In this document: positions 53,327 through 62,498 of the stretch, one piece after another
Layout: the number at the start of each line of letters is the position of its first letter
Position numbering within the stretch: position 1 is the stretch's first letter
Assembly (NCBI GenBank): GCA_028713045.1
Contig: JAQTOY010000002.1
Span: 60 to 64,059 of the forward strand
Direction: 5' to 3'
Source: Candidatus Nanoarchaeia archaeon
Lineage (GTDB): Archaea > Nanobdellota > Nanobdellia > Pacearchaeales > GW2011-AR1
Length of the DNA: 64,000 nt
The notes under the pieces: generated by a model
Database searches by the model: none
What the model saw: the letters and a program-made list of their open reading frames with translations, nothing else
What the model was told of the DNA's origin: nothing
Position numbers and translations under genes: made by a program

Positions 53327-53965
53327 ATGGACAAGTTTGAAAAAGAGGTAATGGTTGTAAATACTAAAAAATTGTTTGATGAGGATTATTTTCAGGGATT
53401 CCTCCATCATTCTGAAAAAGATTTTCATCACAAAATCCTGAATAATTTTGAATGGATGAAAAGAGGCCTTGCTGAAAAAAATCCTAATTATAAACAGCCA
53501 ATTGCCTATTGCATAATAATCAATCAAGAATTAAAAAAAGTTTTTATTTATCAGCGTTCAACAAAGGCAGGAGAAGAAAGATTGCACAATAATTTTACAA
53601 TTGGAATAGGTGGGCATATTGACCCTCCAGATTATGATGGAAATAGTAATGCAAATGAAAACCCGCTGCATAAAAGTATGCTGAGAGAGATTAAAGAAGA
53701 AATCATTATTCCAGAAGAAAGCATAAAAGAGCTTATTGTTCTAGGATATATCAATGATGATTCCAATGATGTTGGAAAAGTTCATTTGGGGGTCTTATAT
53801 CTAATAAAAACAACTGCCGAAGAGATTCATCCAAAAGATTCTGAGCTAGAGCAGGGAAAATTTGTTCATTTTAAGGAGTTAGAAAGAATCTTCTCGGAAA
53901 ATGAAATAGAAAACTGGTCAAAAATCGCCTTTGAACCTCTGAAAAAGTTTTTTGAAGGCTTATAA
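53327..53965 (+). CDS. NUDIX-family hydrolase
   Basis: GIGGHIDPP...NPLHKSMLREIKEEI is a Nudix-box-like segment with an insertion. Confidence 0.6.
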   Translation: MDKFEKEVMVVNTKKLFDEDYFQGFLHHSEKDFHHKILNNFEWMKRGLAEKNPNYKQPIAYCIIINQELKKVFIYQRSTKAGEERLHNNFTIGIGGHIDPPDYDGNSNANENPLHKSMLREIKEEIIIPEESIKELIVLGYINDDSNDVGKVHLGVLYLIKTTAEEIHPKDSELEQGKFVHFKELERIFSENEIENWSKIAFEPLKKFFEGL

Positions 53966-53982
53966 ACGTTTTATAACAAAAT

Positions 53983-54468
53983 TCATCTTTTTAATAAACC
54001 CTCAACCTGCATTAATTCTGGAGTATTCTTTCCAAGATAGCCATAATCAAGATATCCAAATATTTTTCTTCTATCATACCCTAGGCCCATAAAAAAATCT
54101 GCAGCTTCTCTAATCGCAGCTCCAGTATCCATACAACCATCAAATAATAAAAGAGTTCTTTCAGGATGAACAACTCCCTCTAAAAATGATTTTTCAACAA
54201 TTCTTTCATGAGACGCTTTTGGCCTATAAGCTAGAAGACTATTTTCTTCAAGATGATATGCTAATCTATCAACAATTAGTAATGCCTTATATAGCATTAA
54301 AGCTATGTCAATAGGAGTTGGATTCTCTTCAAAAAATTTATCTATTGTTCTCTTCCTTTTTCCATAAAAGTCTGAATCTCTTCTTAGATTAACATTAATG
54401 CGTCTTTTTAATCTAGATATACCTCTTGCACTTTGTAATTTTGCAAATTCTTCTTTCCAATCATCCAT
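53983..54468 (-). CDS. hypothetical protein with a phosphoribosyltransferase-like PRPP-loop motif
   Basis: RTLLLFDGCMDTGAAI resembles the type I PRTase motif (four hydrophobic residues, an acidic residue, then x-x-x-D-T-G). Confidence 0.35.
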   Translation of the reverse strand: MDDWKEEFAKLQSARGISRLKRRINVNLRRDSDFYGKRKRTIDKFFEENPTPIDIALMLYKALLIVDRLAYHLEENSLLAYRPKASHERIVEKSFLEGVVHPERTLLLFDGCMDTGAAIREAADFFMGLGYDRRKIFGYLDYGYLGKNTPELMQVEGLLKR

Positions 54469-54502
54469 TAAAAGATTCCATTAGAAATATATTTAAAACT
54501 TT

Positions 54503-57500
54503 TTATCCCCCACACCCTGATAATTCAACATAACCGCATTTGCAGTATTCTGCACAATGTCCTTTTTTAATCATCCTGCTTCCGCAGGATGGACAATATC
54601 TTCCAGCTTCTTCTAAATCAGATTTAGAATTTTTTGTTTCTTCTACATTCGCATCTTTAAAATTTTCTTCCCTAATTTCGCTTTTAATAATTATTTCTTT
54701 TTGAACTTGTTCTTTTTCACTTAAGTTGCTAAACTTATTCTCAGGTTCTTTATCCATAAATTGTTTTTCAAGAAAATTTCCAATATAATCTACAATCGAA
54801 GAAGCAGTTTTTATGTCCTTTCTACCTTCAATAACAATACCAAGGGGTTCAAATCTCTGACTTTTAAATTTGCTTATTATAGTTTTTAATGGAACTCCAT
54901 ATTGCAGAGCCATAGAAGTCATATTTGCAAGGCTACCCATCAAACCTCCTACAGTGCTACCTTCTTTTGACATGGTTATAAACAATTCTCCCAAATTTCC
55001 GTCGTCATATAGTCCCGCAGTTAAATAACCTTCATGTCCGGCGATATTAAACTTGTGTGTTATAGAATTTCTAGTTAAAGGGAGTTTTCTTCTTACAGGG
55101 ATCCTTACAATTTCTTCTTTTTTCTTTGTAAAACTTAATGGCTGCATTCTTTTACTTCCGTCTCTGTAAATCGCAACAGCTTTTAATCCAAGTTTCCACG
55201 CTTCAAGATAAATATTTTCAACGTCTTCAACAGTTGCATCATTTGGCATGTTAACTGTTTTTGAGATTGCTCCGGATAAAAATGGCTGGACAGCGGCCAT
55301 CATTTTTATGTGCCCCATTGTAGAAATTGTTCTTTTTCCATGGACCGGTTTGTTTGAACAATCAAAGATAGCCAAATGCTCTTCTTTTATTCCACTTCCC
55401 TCCGCAGTTTCTTTTTTTTCAATATATTCTAAAATATTTTTTATCTGTTCTTCATTGTATCCTAATTTTTGGAGTGCAAATTTTACAGTGCCATTGACTA
55501 TTTTTAAAATACCCCCTTCTGCAAGAAGTTTTGTTTGAACTAATCCAATCTCAGGCTCTATTCCTTTTGTATCACAATCCATCATAAAACCTATTGTTCC
55601 AGTAGGAGCAAGCACGGTTACTTGAGCATTTCTAAACCCATATTTTTCCCCTCTTTTAAGGACATTATCCCAAATTTTTTCAGAAGCATCATAAACTTCT
55701 TCATATCCCCTTGGAATTTTATTCCTGTCAATTTTTTTAAATGCTTCAACATGCATCCTTATGACCTTGAGCATGGGTTCTCTGTTTTTTTCAAATTCCT
55801 TAAAAGTTCCTAATTTTTCAGCCAGTTCAGTAGAGGTTTCATAAGCCTTTGCAGTCATTAACGAGGTTATAATTGCTGCAATTATCCTGGCTTCATCAGA
55901 ATCATAAGCGAATCCTAACGACATTATTAAAGAGCCAAGATTAGCATAACCCATTCCAAGAGGACGAAATTTGTGAGAATTCTCCGCAATCTTCATTGTA
56001 GGAAAACTAGAATTATCAAATTCTAAATCCTGGGCAATTGCCGTGAATCTTATTACATTTTCAAAATCTTTAACATTAAAACTTCCATCCATGTTTACAA
56101 ACGCTCTTAAATTTAAAGAAGCTAAATTGCACGAACTATTATCAATAAAGTTATATTCTGAACAAGGATTGCTTGAATTAATTCTTCCAGAATTCGGGCA
56201 GGTATGCCATCGGTTCATAGTATCATCAAATTGGATTCCAGGATCACCGCATTTGTGTGTGCCTTCTGCAATTAATCTGAATAATTCTCTTGCTTTGTAT
56301 TTAGGCATTTCATTTATCATTTCTTTGTTATGAACCGGAATTGTTTGCCATTCCAAATCATTTTCGACTGCTCTCATAAAAGCATCTCCGGCTCTCACTG
56401 AAATATTAACATTTTGAAAGGATACTGTTTCTATAGCCTCTCTTCCATCAATTCCATTGTCCATCAATAGTTCAATTTTTTTCTGTTCTTTTACTTTTGA
56501 TTCAATAAATTCTTTGATATCTGGATGAGTCATTTTTAGAGAATTCATTTTTGCAGCCCTTCTTGTTTTTCCTCCAGATTTTACAATTCCTGCAACTTTA
56601 TCATAAAAGACCAGATATTGTAAGGGTCCGGAAGGCTTTCCTCCTCCGGATAGTCTTTCCCTTGCGCTTCTTAAAGTTGAAAGGTCTGTCCCTGTTCCAG
56701 AACCATGCTTAAACAGCATTGCTTCTCTTCTAGCTAAATCCATTATATCCTCCATGTTATCCTGAACATCTTGGATAAAACATGCAGATGTTTGCGGATA
56801 AAGATGATTTTGTCCGGGAGGAATTTCAATAGCCCTCCCATTGATTAAAGCAAAACCTTCTTTTTTTTCATTACTCCTAGCAGATTCATAAATATCTGTT
56901 CCAACATTAAACCAAACCGGAGAATTAAAAGCCATTCGCTGGGTTAATGTCAAATAAGCCAATTCATTTTTAAAAATTTCTGCTTCTTTTTCATCAAAAT
57001 AACCATTTTTTATTCCCCATTTTGCAAACGTTTGACTTACTCTGTTAATAACCTGCTTAAAAGAATTTTCTCTTTCCATTTTTCTTACGTCTCCATAAAA
57101 ATATCTGGAAGAGATTATTTTACGCGCCAGATTGCTAAAATATGCAGGAAATTCAACATCCTTTTGTACAAAAAGAGGTTTCCCCATGTCATCAGATATT
57201 TGTATATCTGTTTTTTCCCATTGGATAGGAAGAAAATTTTCATCCTTAGTAAAATATCTCTCTATTTTTAATTTTTCATTTTTGAATTTATTATAACCCT
57301 TAAACGCATTTGAAACTTCAAGATATCCTGCTTCGATTGAAGAATCAATAACTATCTGTTTTACTTCGGTAAAATATGGAACATTCCCATTAAATCTTTC
57401 TCCTATCTTTGTCTTGACCCTAGAATAAATATCTTCTATAATCTCCTCTTTATCATCAAATTGTGTTTCATCAACAGCCCGATTTATAGCTTTTTTTATT

Positions 57501-57589
57501 TTTTCAGGGTTGAATTCATCAATTCTTCCATCTCTTTTTTTAATATGTAATGGCATTAACATTTTAAATCTAAACTTGCCTAAGAGCAA
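54503..57589 (-). CDS. nrdJ: class II (adenosylcobalamin-dependent) ribonucleotide reductase with N-terminal ATP-cone and C-terminal zinc ribbon
   Basis: ATP-cone HIKKRDGRIDEFNPEKIKKAI. Catalytic blocks NPCSEYNFIDNSSCNLASLNL and GFRNAQVTVLAPTGTIG. C-terminal CPSCG...C..C.CG..ELSGCGG. The start is probably the Met at 57562 or 57556. Confidence 0.9.
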   Translation of the reverse strand: MLLGKFRFKMLMPLHIKKRDGRIDEFNPEKIKKAINRAVDETQFDDKEEIIEDIYSRVKTKIGERFNGNVPYFTEVKQIVIDSSIEAGYLEVSNAFKGYNKFKNEKLKIERYFTKDENFLPIQWEKTDIQISDDMGKPLFVQKDVEFPAYFSNLARKIISSRYFYGDVRKMERENSFKQVINRVSQTFAKWGIKNGYFDEKEAEIFKNELAYLTLTQRMAFNSPVWFNVGTDIYESARSNEKKEGFALINGRAIEIPPGQNHLYPQTSACFIQDVQDNMEDIMDLARREAMLFKHGSGTGTDLSTLRSARERLSGGGKPSGPLQYLVFYDKVAGIVKSGGKTRRAAKMNSLKMTHPDIKEFIESKVKEQKKIELLMDNGIDGREAIETVSFQNVNISVRAGDAFMRAVENDLEWQTIPVHNKEMINEMPKYKARELFRLIAEGTHKCGDPGIQFDDTMNRWHTCPNSGRINSSNPCSEYNFIDNSSCNLASLNLRAFVNMDGSFNVKDFENVIRFTAIAQDLEFDNSSFPTMKIAENSHKFRPLGMGYANLGSLIMSLGFAYDSDEARIIAAIITSLMTAKAYETSTELAEKLGTFKEFEKNREPMLKVIRMHVEAFKKIDRNKIPRGYEEVYDASEKIWDNVLKRGEKYGFRNAQVTVLAPTGTIGFMMDCDTKGIEPEIGLVQTKLLAEGGILKIVNGTVKFALQKLGYNEEQIKNILEYIEKKETAEGSGIKEEHLAIFDCSNKPVHGKRTISTMGHIKMMAAVQPFLSGAISKTVNMPNDATVEDVENIYLEAWKLGLKAVAIYRDGSKRMQPLSFTKKKEEIVRIPVRRKLPLTRNSITHKFNIAGHEGYLTAGLYDDGNLGELFITMSKEGSTVGGLMGSLANMTSMALQYGVPLKTIISKFKSQRFEPLGIVIEGRKDIKTASSIVDYIGNFLEKQFMDKEPENKFSNLSEKEQVQKEIIIKSEIREENFKDANVEETKNSKSDLEEAGRYCPSCGSRMIKKGHCAEYCKCGYVELSGCGG

Positions 57590-58001
57590 GTTTAAAATCC
57601 TTAATATCTTTAAAGTTCATATAAACTGAGGCAAATCTGATATAAGCTATATCATCCAATTTTTTTAATTTGTGCATAATCATTTTTCCTATAACCTCAC
57701 TTTTAACTTCTTTTCCTTTTTTGTATAATTTTTCTTCAATCTCATCAAGCGCATTTTCAATGTTCTTTAATGGAATCGGTCTCTTCTCACAGGCTTTCAT
57801 TATTCCGATTTTTATTTTTTCTCTTGAAAAAGGTTCCCGTCTCCCATCTTTCTTAACAACAATTATCGCTTTTTTCTCAGCTTTTTCATATGTTGTGAAT
57901 CTTTTTTTACATTTGAGGCATTCTCTTCTTCTTCTTGTCCCCTCAGGAGATTCTCTTTTGTCTGTAACATGGGTCTCTCCTGAACAAAATATGCATTTCA
58001 T
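57570..58001 (-). CDS. nrdR: transcriptional repressor NrdR (zinc ribbon plus ATP-cone)
   Basis: Start trimmed to MKCIFCSGETHVTDKRE...RRRRECLKCKKRFTTYE, followed by the ATP-cone VVKKDGRREPFSREKI. Confidence 0.85.
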   Translation of the reverse strand: MKCIFCSGETHVTDKRESPEGTRRRRECLKCKKRFTTYEKAEKKAIIVVKKDGRREPFSREKIKIGIMKACEKRPIPLKNIENALDEIEEKLYKKGKEVKSEVIGKMIMHKLKKLDDIAYIRFASVYMNFKDIKDFKLALRQV

Positions 58002-58006
58002 TATTA

Positions 58007-58022
58007 ATACAAGGGATTGTAT
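58007..58022. promoter_or_regulatory. 16-bp palindrome ATACAAGGGATTGTAT, candidate NrdR box
   Basis: Perfect 6-bp arms ATACAA/TTGTAT, 6 nt upstream of the nrdR ATG. Confidence 0.4.
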
Positions 58023-58096
58023 GCCTCTTTTTTGAAAACCACCATTAATTGTGTTAAACTTTATCCATAAAATATTCAACTATATAAATATTTTTA

Positions 58097-58112
58097 TACA
58101 ACATGCTGTATT
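58097..58112. promoter_or_regulatory. 16-bp palindrome ATACAACATGCTGTAT, candidate NrdR box
   Basis: 5/6-bp arms with a palindromic CATG core. It abuts a TATATAAAT box (58082-58091) upstream of nrdR. Confidence 0.4.
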
Positions 58113-58360
58113 TTAAAGAATAATTATGGGAAAAATTCTTTGAAGATACAATAGAATGATTTTTATTTAGTAAAATAATTTATTATTTTTTCAAATGGTG
58201 AATAATAAGCAGTTAATGCCGCTAAACTACATCCAAGGAGTGTTGATAATCCAATAAATCTTTTAATCTTACCATAAAAATAAATCCCTAAACTTTCCAA
58301 AGGTCAAAATACTTTTTCATTATACAAAAAGCATAAATACTTCAACTAATAACTCTTTTA

Positions 58361-59536
58361 ATGGACCTACAAAAAAAATCTCTGGAAATTCATGAAAAAT
58401 TAAGAGGAAAACTTGAAATAAAATCAAAAATTTCTTTAAATTCAATTGAGGCTCTTTCTTTAGCTTATACTCCGGGGGTTGCGGAGGCATGCAGAGAGAT
58501 AACCAAAAATAAATCTTTTATTTACAAATATACTATTAAAGAGAATACTGTCGCAGTTATTTCTGACGGTTCGGCAGTTTTAGGTTTAGGAAATATCGGT
58601 CCTGAAGCTGCATTGCCAGTGATGGAAGGAAAAGCAATTCTATTTAAGGAATTTGCCGGAATTGATGCATTTCCTATTTGTCTTTCTGAACAGGATACAA
58701 AAAAAACTATTGAAACAATAAAAAACATTTCAACTGTTTTTGGAGGAATTAATCTTGAAGATTTTAAAGCTCCTGAATGTTTTGAAATAGAAAATAGTTT
58801 GCAGGATTTGGGAATACCGGTTATGCATGATGATCAGCATGGTACCGCTGTAGTTGTTTTGGCTGCATTAATAAATTCCTTAGCAATAAAAGGATTGCCA
58901 AAAGAAAAAGCAAAAATAGTTATTAATGGAGCAGGTGCCGCAGGAATTGCAATTACAAATCTTCTTTTTAAATATGGTTTCAAGAATATAGTAATTTTAG
59001 ATAGCAAAGGAATAATTTACAAAGGGAGAGGAGATTTAAATAAAGAAAAAGAATTAATTGCCGAGGTTACCAACCTTAATTGTATTATTGATTCTAATTC
59101 AAATTCCTGCTTAAAAGGGGATTTAAAAACAGCATTAAAAAATACCGATATTTTCATAGGAGTATCAAAAGGAAATTTATTGACGCAAGAAAGTATTGGG
59201 TCTATGAATAAAGATCCGATTATTTTAGCATTAGCAAATCCCAATCCAGAGATAATGCCAGATTTAGCAAAAGAAGCAGGAGCTTTTATAGTGGGAACAG
59301 GAAGATCTGATTTTCCGAATCAAGTAAATAATGTTTTAGCTTTTCCGGGAATCTTTAGAGGAGCATTGGATATAAAAGCAAAACATATAACCAATCAGAT
59401 GAAAATCGCTGCTGCTGAAGCTTTAGCATCAGTTATTAAAAATCCAGAACCCAATAAAATTCTTCCAAGCCCCTTTGATAAGGAAGTAGTTCCAAAAGTT
59501 GCAGAAGCTGTTAAAAAAGCGTATATTGAAAATTAA
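58361..59536 (+). CDS. NAD(P)-dependent malic enzyme (short form)
   Basis: LAYTPGVAEAC, ISDGSAVLGLGNIGPEAALPVMEGK, FGGINLEDF and INGAGAAGIA. Confidence 0.9.
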   Translation: MDLQKKSLEIHEKLRGKLEIKSKISLNSIEALSLAYTPGVAEACREITKNKSFIYKYTIKENTVAVISDGSAVLGLGNIGPEAALPVMEGKAILFKEFAGIDAFPICLSEQDTKKTIETIKNISTVFGGINLEDFKAPECFEIENSLQDLGIPVMHDDQHGTAVVVLAALINSLAIKGLPKEKAKIVINGAGAAGIAITNLLFKYGFKNIVILDSKGIIYKGRGDLNKEKELIAEVTNLNCIIDSNSNSCLKGDLKTALKNTDIFIGVSKGNLLTQESIGSMNKDPIILALANPNPEIMPDLAKEAGAFIVGTGRSDFPNQVNNVLAFPGIFRGALDIKAKHITNQMKIAAAEALASVIKNPEPNKILPSPFDKEVVPKVAEAVKKAYIEN

Positions 59537-59577
59537 ATCATTCATCAAAATTATTCAAGGTAATTGCAATTGAAGCA

Positions 59578-59814
59578 TCAAATCTTTTTCCAGGGTTCTA
59601 ACTTTCTTTTTTTAACCCAATCCGAGTCATTAGTGTATAAATCTGCTCGATAAGGGAATTTTCCAGAGTTTGTTCTTATTTTTGCAGCAAGATATTTATT
59701 AGCTGGAACATCTTTCTTCCATAATGCTGCTCCGATTAAAGTCCCAGGAGGTAGGGGATATTCAGTTACTGTATCTTCAGAAACTACTGGATAAAATTGA
59801 GAAGATGCATCTAT
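59578..59814 (-). other. in-frame continuation of the 59815..60450 ORF beyond a single TAA (78 sense codons, no Met, ends at TGA 59578-59580)
   Basis: Codon-by-codon translation gives IDASSQFYPVVSEDTVTEYPLPPGTLIGAALWKKDVPANKYLAAKIRTNSGKFPYRADLYTNDSDWVKKRKLEPWKKI. The composition looks protein-like and matches the upstream part. Confidence 0.5.
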
Positions 59815-60450
59815 TTAATTAAAAGGAGTGTGACTTGAGGGATCAAATTTTCCTTGAGGAGTTAAAAACTCAGAACAATTTTGCCAGCAATAAACCTTTC
59901 CTCGAAATCCCTGAACCATTCTCCAATAAGTCTCTTCAACTAGGTGATTTAATCCCGCAGTATCAAGTTTCTTAACAGGTTCTGGTTGAGCATTAGGAAC
60001 AATTAATGTTGGTTTACCAATACCTTTCCATTCAACTCCGGGAAGAGCTCCTTGAAAATAAGGATCATTAGTCCATAATGTCCATTCTAATTTTTGAAAT
60101 CCTTCATACTTAGTTTTAGATGCAACGAAAGTTTTTTTAGCGTCACTATCTTTTTGTAAAACTTGTGCCCAAAAAAAAGTTCCTGAAGGAACTCGTTCGT
60201 ATTGAGAATAAATTCTTCCTTGATCATCTAAAACTTGGACTCCTGCAGAATCAACCACCTGATTATATTTTCTTGAACAAAAATGTCCCTTAAGTAAAAA
60301 ACTCCCCTCACACCCTCTTGGAATATCTGGGCCAACCACTGCCTGAAATCTATCTCCTTTGTAAGAATCTGTAGCCTGGACAAGAAAATTTTGAAGAGCT
60401 AAACTAAATTCTTCCGGATTAGAACCTATGCCAACTGCTATATTACTCAT
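59815..60450 (-). CDS. hypothetical protein (orphan class), 211 aa up to the first stop
   Basis: Intact ORF ending at TAA 59815-59817. The same frame stays open for 78 more codons (next feature). Confidence 0.6.
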   Translation of the reverse strand: MSNIAVGIGSNPEEFSLALQNFLVQATDSYKGDRFQAVVGPDIPRGCEGSFLLKGHFCSRKYNQVVDSAGVQVLDDQGRIYSQYERVPSGTFFWAQVLQKDSDAKKTFVASKTKYEGFQKLEWTLWTNDPYFQGALPGVEWKGIGKPTLIVPNAQPEPVKKLDTAGLNHLVEETYWRMVQGFRGKVYCWQNCSEFLTPQGKFDPSSHTPFN

Positions 60451-60616
60451 AATAATTTTAAAATAAGTTTAGTTTTTAAGATTTTATATCTTTGAAAATG
60501 GATTATGAAATTGCAGCAAAGATTTTTCTAAATAAACACAAAATCCCCCTAAAATTAAATCAACGCAAATATTTATAAATAAAAGAATATTTTACATAAT
60601 ATAAAAAGGTGAAAAA

Positions 60617-60907
60617 ATGGCCGCAGAAGATTTACTTACAATGAATTCATTCCTTCAGCCAGTGGCAGACACTCTTGGTGTTTCTCTAGAGGTTGCAATG
60701 GTTATATTGACAATTATTTCCATCTGGTCTCTTGTATGGAAAGGATTTGGATTATGGAAAGCCTCAAAAAAAGACCATAAAATATGGTTTGTTTTAATGT
60801 TAATTTTGAACACAGTTGGAATTCTTGAAATTTTGTATATCTATATATTTTCAAAAATGAATTTCAAGAAAGAGAAAAAGCAAGAAAAAGTTGAAAAGAA
60901 GAAATAA
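60617..60907 (+). CDS. small 2-TM membrane protein with a Lys-rich tail
   Basis: WKGFGLWKASKKDHKIWFVLMLILNTVGILEILYIYIF. It resembles a small membrane family I recall from CPR/DPANN genomes (unverified). Confidence 0.55.
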   Translation: MAAEDLLTMNSFLQPVADTLGVSLEVAMVILTIISIWSLVWKGFGLWKASKKDHKIWFVLMLILNTVGILEILYIYIFSKMNFKKEKKQEKVEKKK

Positions 60908-60923
60908 TTCTAAATTTTTTTAA

Positions 60924-61130
60924 TTAAATTGCGATACCATAAAACCAAAACATTATAGCTAAAATTGCATGTATAACTGCTAAAGTCAAACTAATGAATG
61001 CAAAAATCTTATGATATTTAAAAACATCTTTATGAAAAACATTTGTGGCTATGCCAAAGCTAGCCGTTATAAAGACCGTGATTATTGTTAATATTCCAAA
61101 CCATATAGCCAAGGGTATGTTTAATATCAT
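60924..61130 (-). CDS. small 2-TM membrane protein
   Basis: Two hydrophobic helices in 68 aa. Confidence 0.45.
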   Translation of the reverse strand: MILNIPLAIWFGILTIITVFITASFGIATNVFHKDVFKYHKIFAFISLTLAVIHAILAIMFWFYGIAI

Positions 61131-61186
61131 TATTCTATTAACAAATGATAATATTTAATTCTTTCTTTTTTACTTCTGATAAAGAA

Positions 61187-61627
61187 CTATTCTACAATTA
61201 TTTCTCCTTTCATGCTTGGATGTATACTGCAGTGATAATTATAAGATCCGATATTATCAAATGTCTTTGAGTAGCTCTCTCCAGAGGATAAACTGGGAGA
61301 ATTTATTTCAGTTCCCGAGTCTGAAAGGATGGTATGGTGGACTGAATCTTGATTAGTCCATGTAACTTTGTCTCCTTTCTTTATTGTCAGAGTTGAGGGA
61401 GAAAATTCAAAGTTCATTATCTTAACATCATAAGTTTTTGATGTTGAAGTTGTTGTGTTAGGGGTATTGCCAATTGTAGTTGTTGATGGACTCGTCTGTT
61501 GATTTCCATTTGTCTTGGGATTAGCGGCAGCATTTTTATTATTAACCTGCATTAATAAAAATCCCCCCAGAATTATAACTATAATCAATCCTATTGAAAC
61601 TAAAATAATTCCTAAATTTTTATTCAT
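61187..61627 (-). CDS. membrane-anchored cupredoxin (plastocyanin/halocyanin-like blue copper protein)
   Basis: Type 1 Cu ligands: DSVHHT ... YHCSIHPSMKG (His, Cys, His, Met). N-terminal TM anchor and a T/S/N-rich linker. Confidence 0.8.
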   Translation of the reverse strand: MNKNLGIILVSIGLIIVIILGGFLLMQVNNKNAAANPKTNGNQQTSPSTTTIGNTPNTTTSTSKTYDVKIMNFEFSPSTLTIKKGDKVTWTNQDSVHHTILSDSGTEINSPSLSSGESYSKTFDNIGSYNYHCSIHPSMKGEIIVE

Positions 61628-61667
61628 TTGAATTATTAATTACCTCCTTACAGATTTTTAAATAACT

Positions 61668-62132
61668 TTATCCAGCAATAGCGCAGTTTCCTTCACAAGA
61701 ACCATCCTCATCATCATATCTCTCGCTTTTCTTTGATATTTTCCCAGTCTTGAACTCGTAATCTTCAATAGCTTTTTTTAATCCATTTGCTCCTAGAACC
61801 GAACAATGAATTTTTATTGAAGGCAGTCCTTCTAGCTTATCAACAATAGCTTTATTTGTTATTTTTTTTGCTTCACTTATTGTTTTGCCTTTTGCTAATT
61901 CACATAATGCATCTGATGAAGCTATTGCACTTACACATCCAAAGGTTTGGAATTTTATGTCCTTTATTTTTTCAGTCTTTTTGTCAATTTTCAGATAAAT
62001 TTTCATAACATCTCCGCAAACAGGATTTCCAACCTGCCCAACTCCATCTGGATTCTTAATCTCTCCAAAATGTTTAGGATTTGTAAATCTTTTTAAGACT
62101 TCTTTTGTATATGCATTAAATTGTTCAGCCAT
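61668..62132 (-). CDS. iscU: Fe-S cluster scaffold protein IscU/NifU-like
   Basis: GNPVCGDVMKIYL, FQTFGCVSAIASS and IHCSVLG, the three conserved Cys motifs. Confidence 0.9.
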   Translation of the reverse strand: MAEQFNAYTKEVLKRFTNPKHFGEIKNPDGVGQVGNPVCGDVMKIYLKIDKKTEKIKDIKFQTFGCVSAIASSDALCELAKGKTISEAKKITNKAIVDKLEGLPSIKIHCSVLGANGLKKAIEDYEFKTGKISKKSERYDDEDGSCEGNCAIAG

Positions 62133-62272
62133 TTTTATTTTGAATTTTTTTTATTTAATTAATGTGATAAAAGTTATATGGGGCGGATAATGTTTTGGTT
62201 TTTATTGTAATCTGTTGCCATTTCTTCATCAAATCCTTTTACACAACCTGTCCGGTATAACATTAATAAACC

Positions 62273-62497
62273 TCACTTTTTAGCTTTCTTATTTATTTCT
62301 TTAACAAGCTCATCAGGATTCATTCCATGCATCAATGCTCCTTGTTCCAAAGTTTCCATTGCAGCCATTCCGCATCCGATGCAATGCATCCCCCTTCCCA
62401 TAAGAATGCCAATTGCCTCCGGATTCTTTTCAATTATCTCTGAAAAACTCATATTCTTTGTTATATTTTTTGATTCTTTCTTTGATTTTTTTTTCAT
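62273..62497 (-). CDS. DUF1858-type small redox-disulfide protein
   Basis: MSFSEIIEKNPEAIGILMGRGMHCIGCGMAAMETLEQGALMHG. Confidence 0.65.
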   Translation of the reverse strand: MKKKSKKESKNITKNMSFSEIIEKNPEAIGILMGRGMHCIGCGMAAMETLEQGALMHGMNPDELVKEINKKAKK

Positions 62498-62498
62498 T

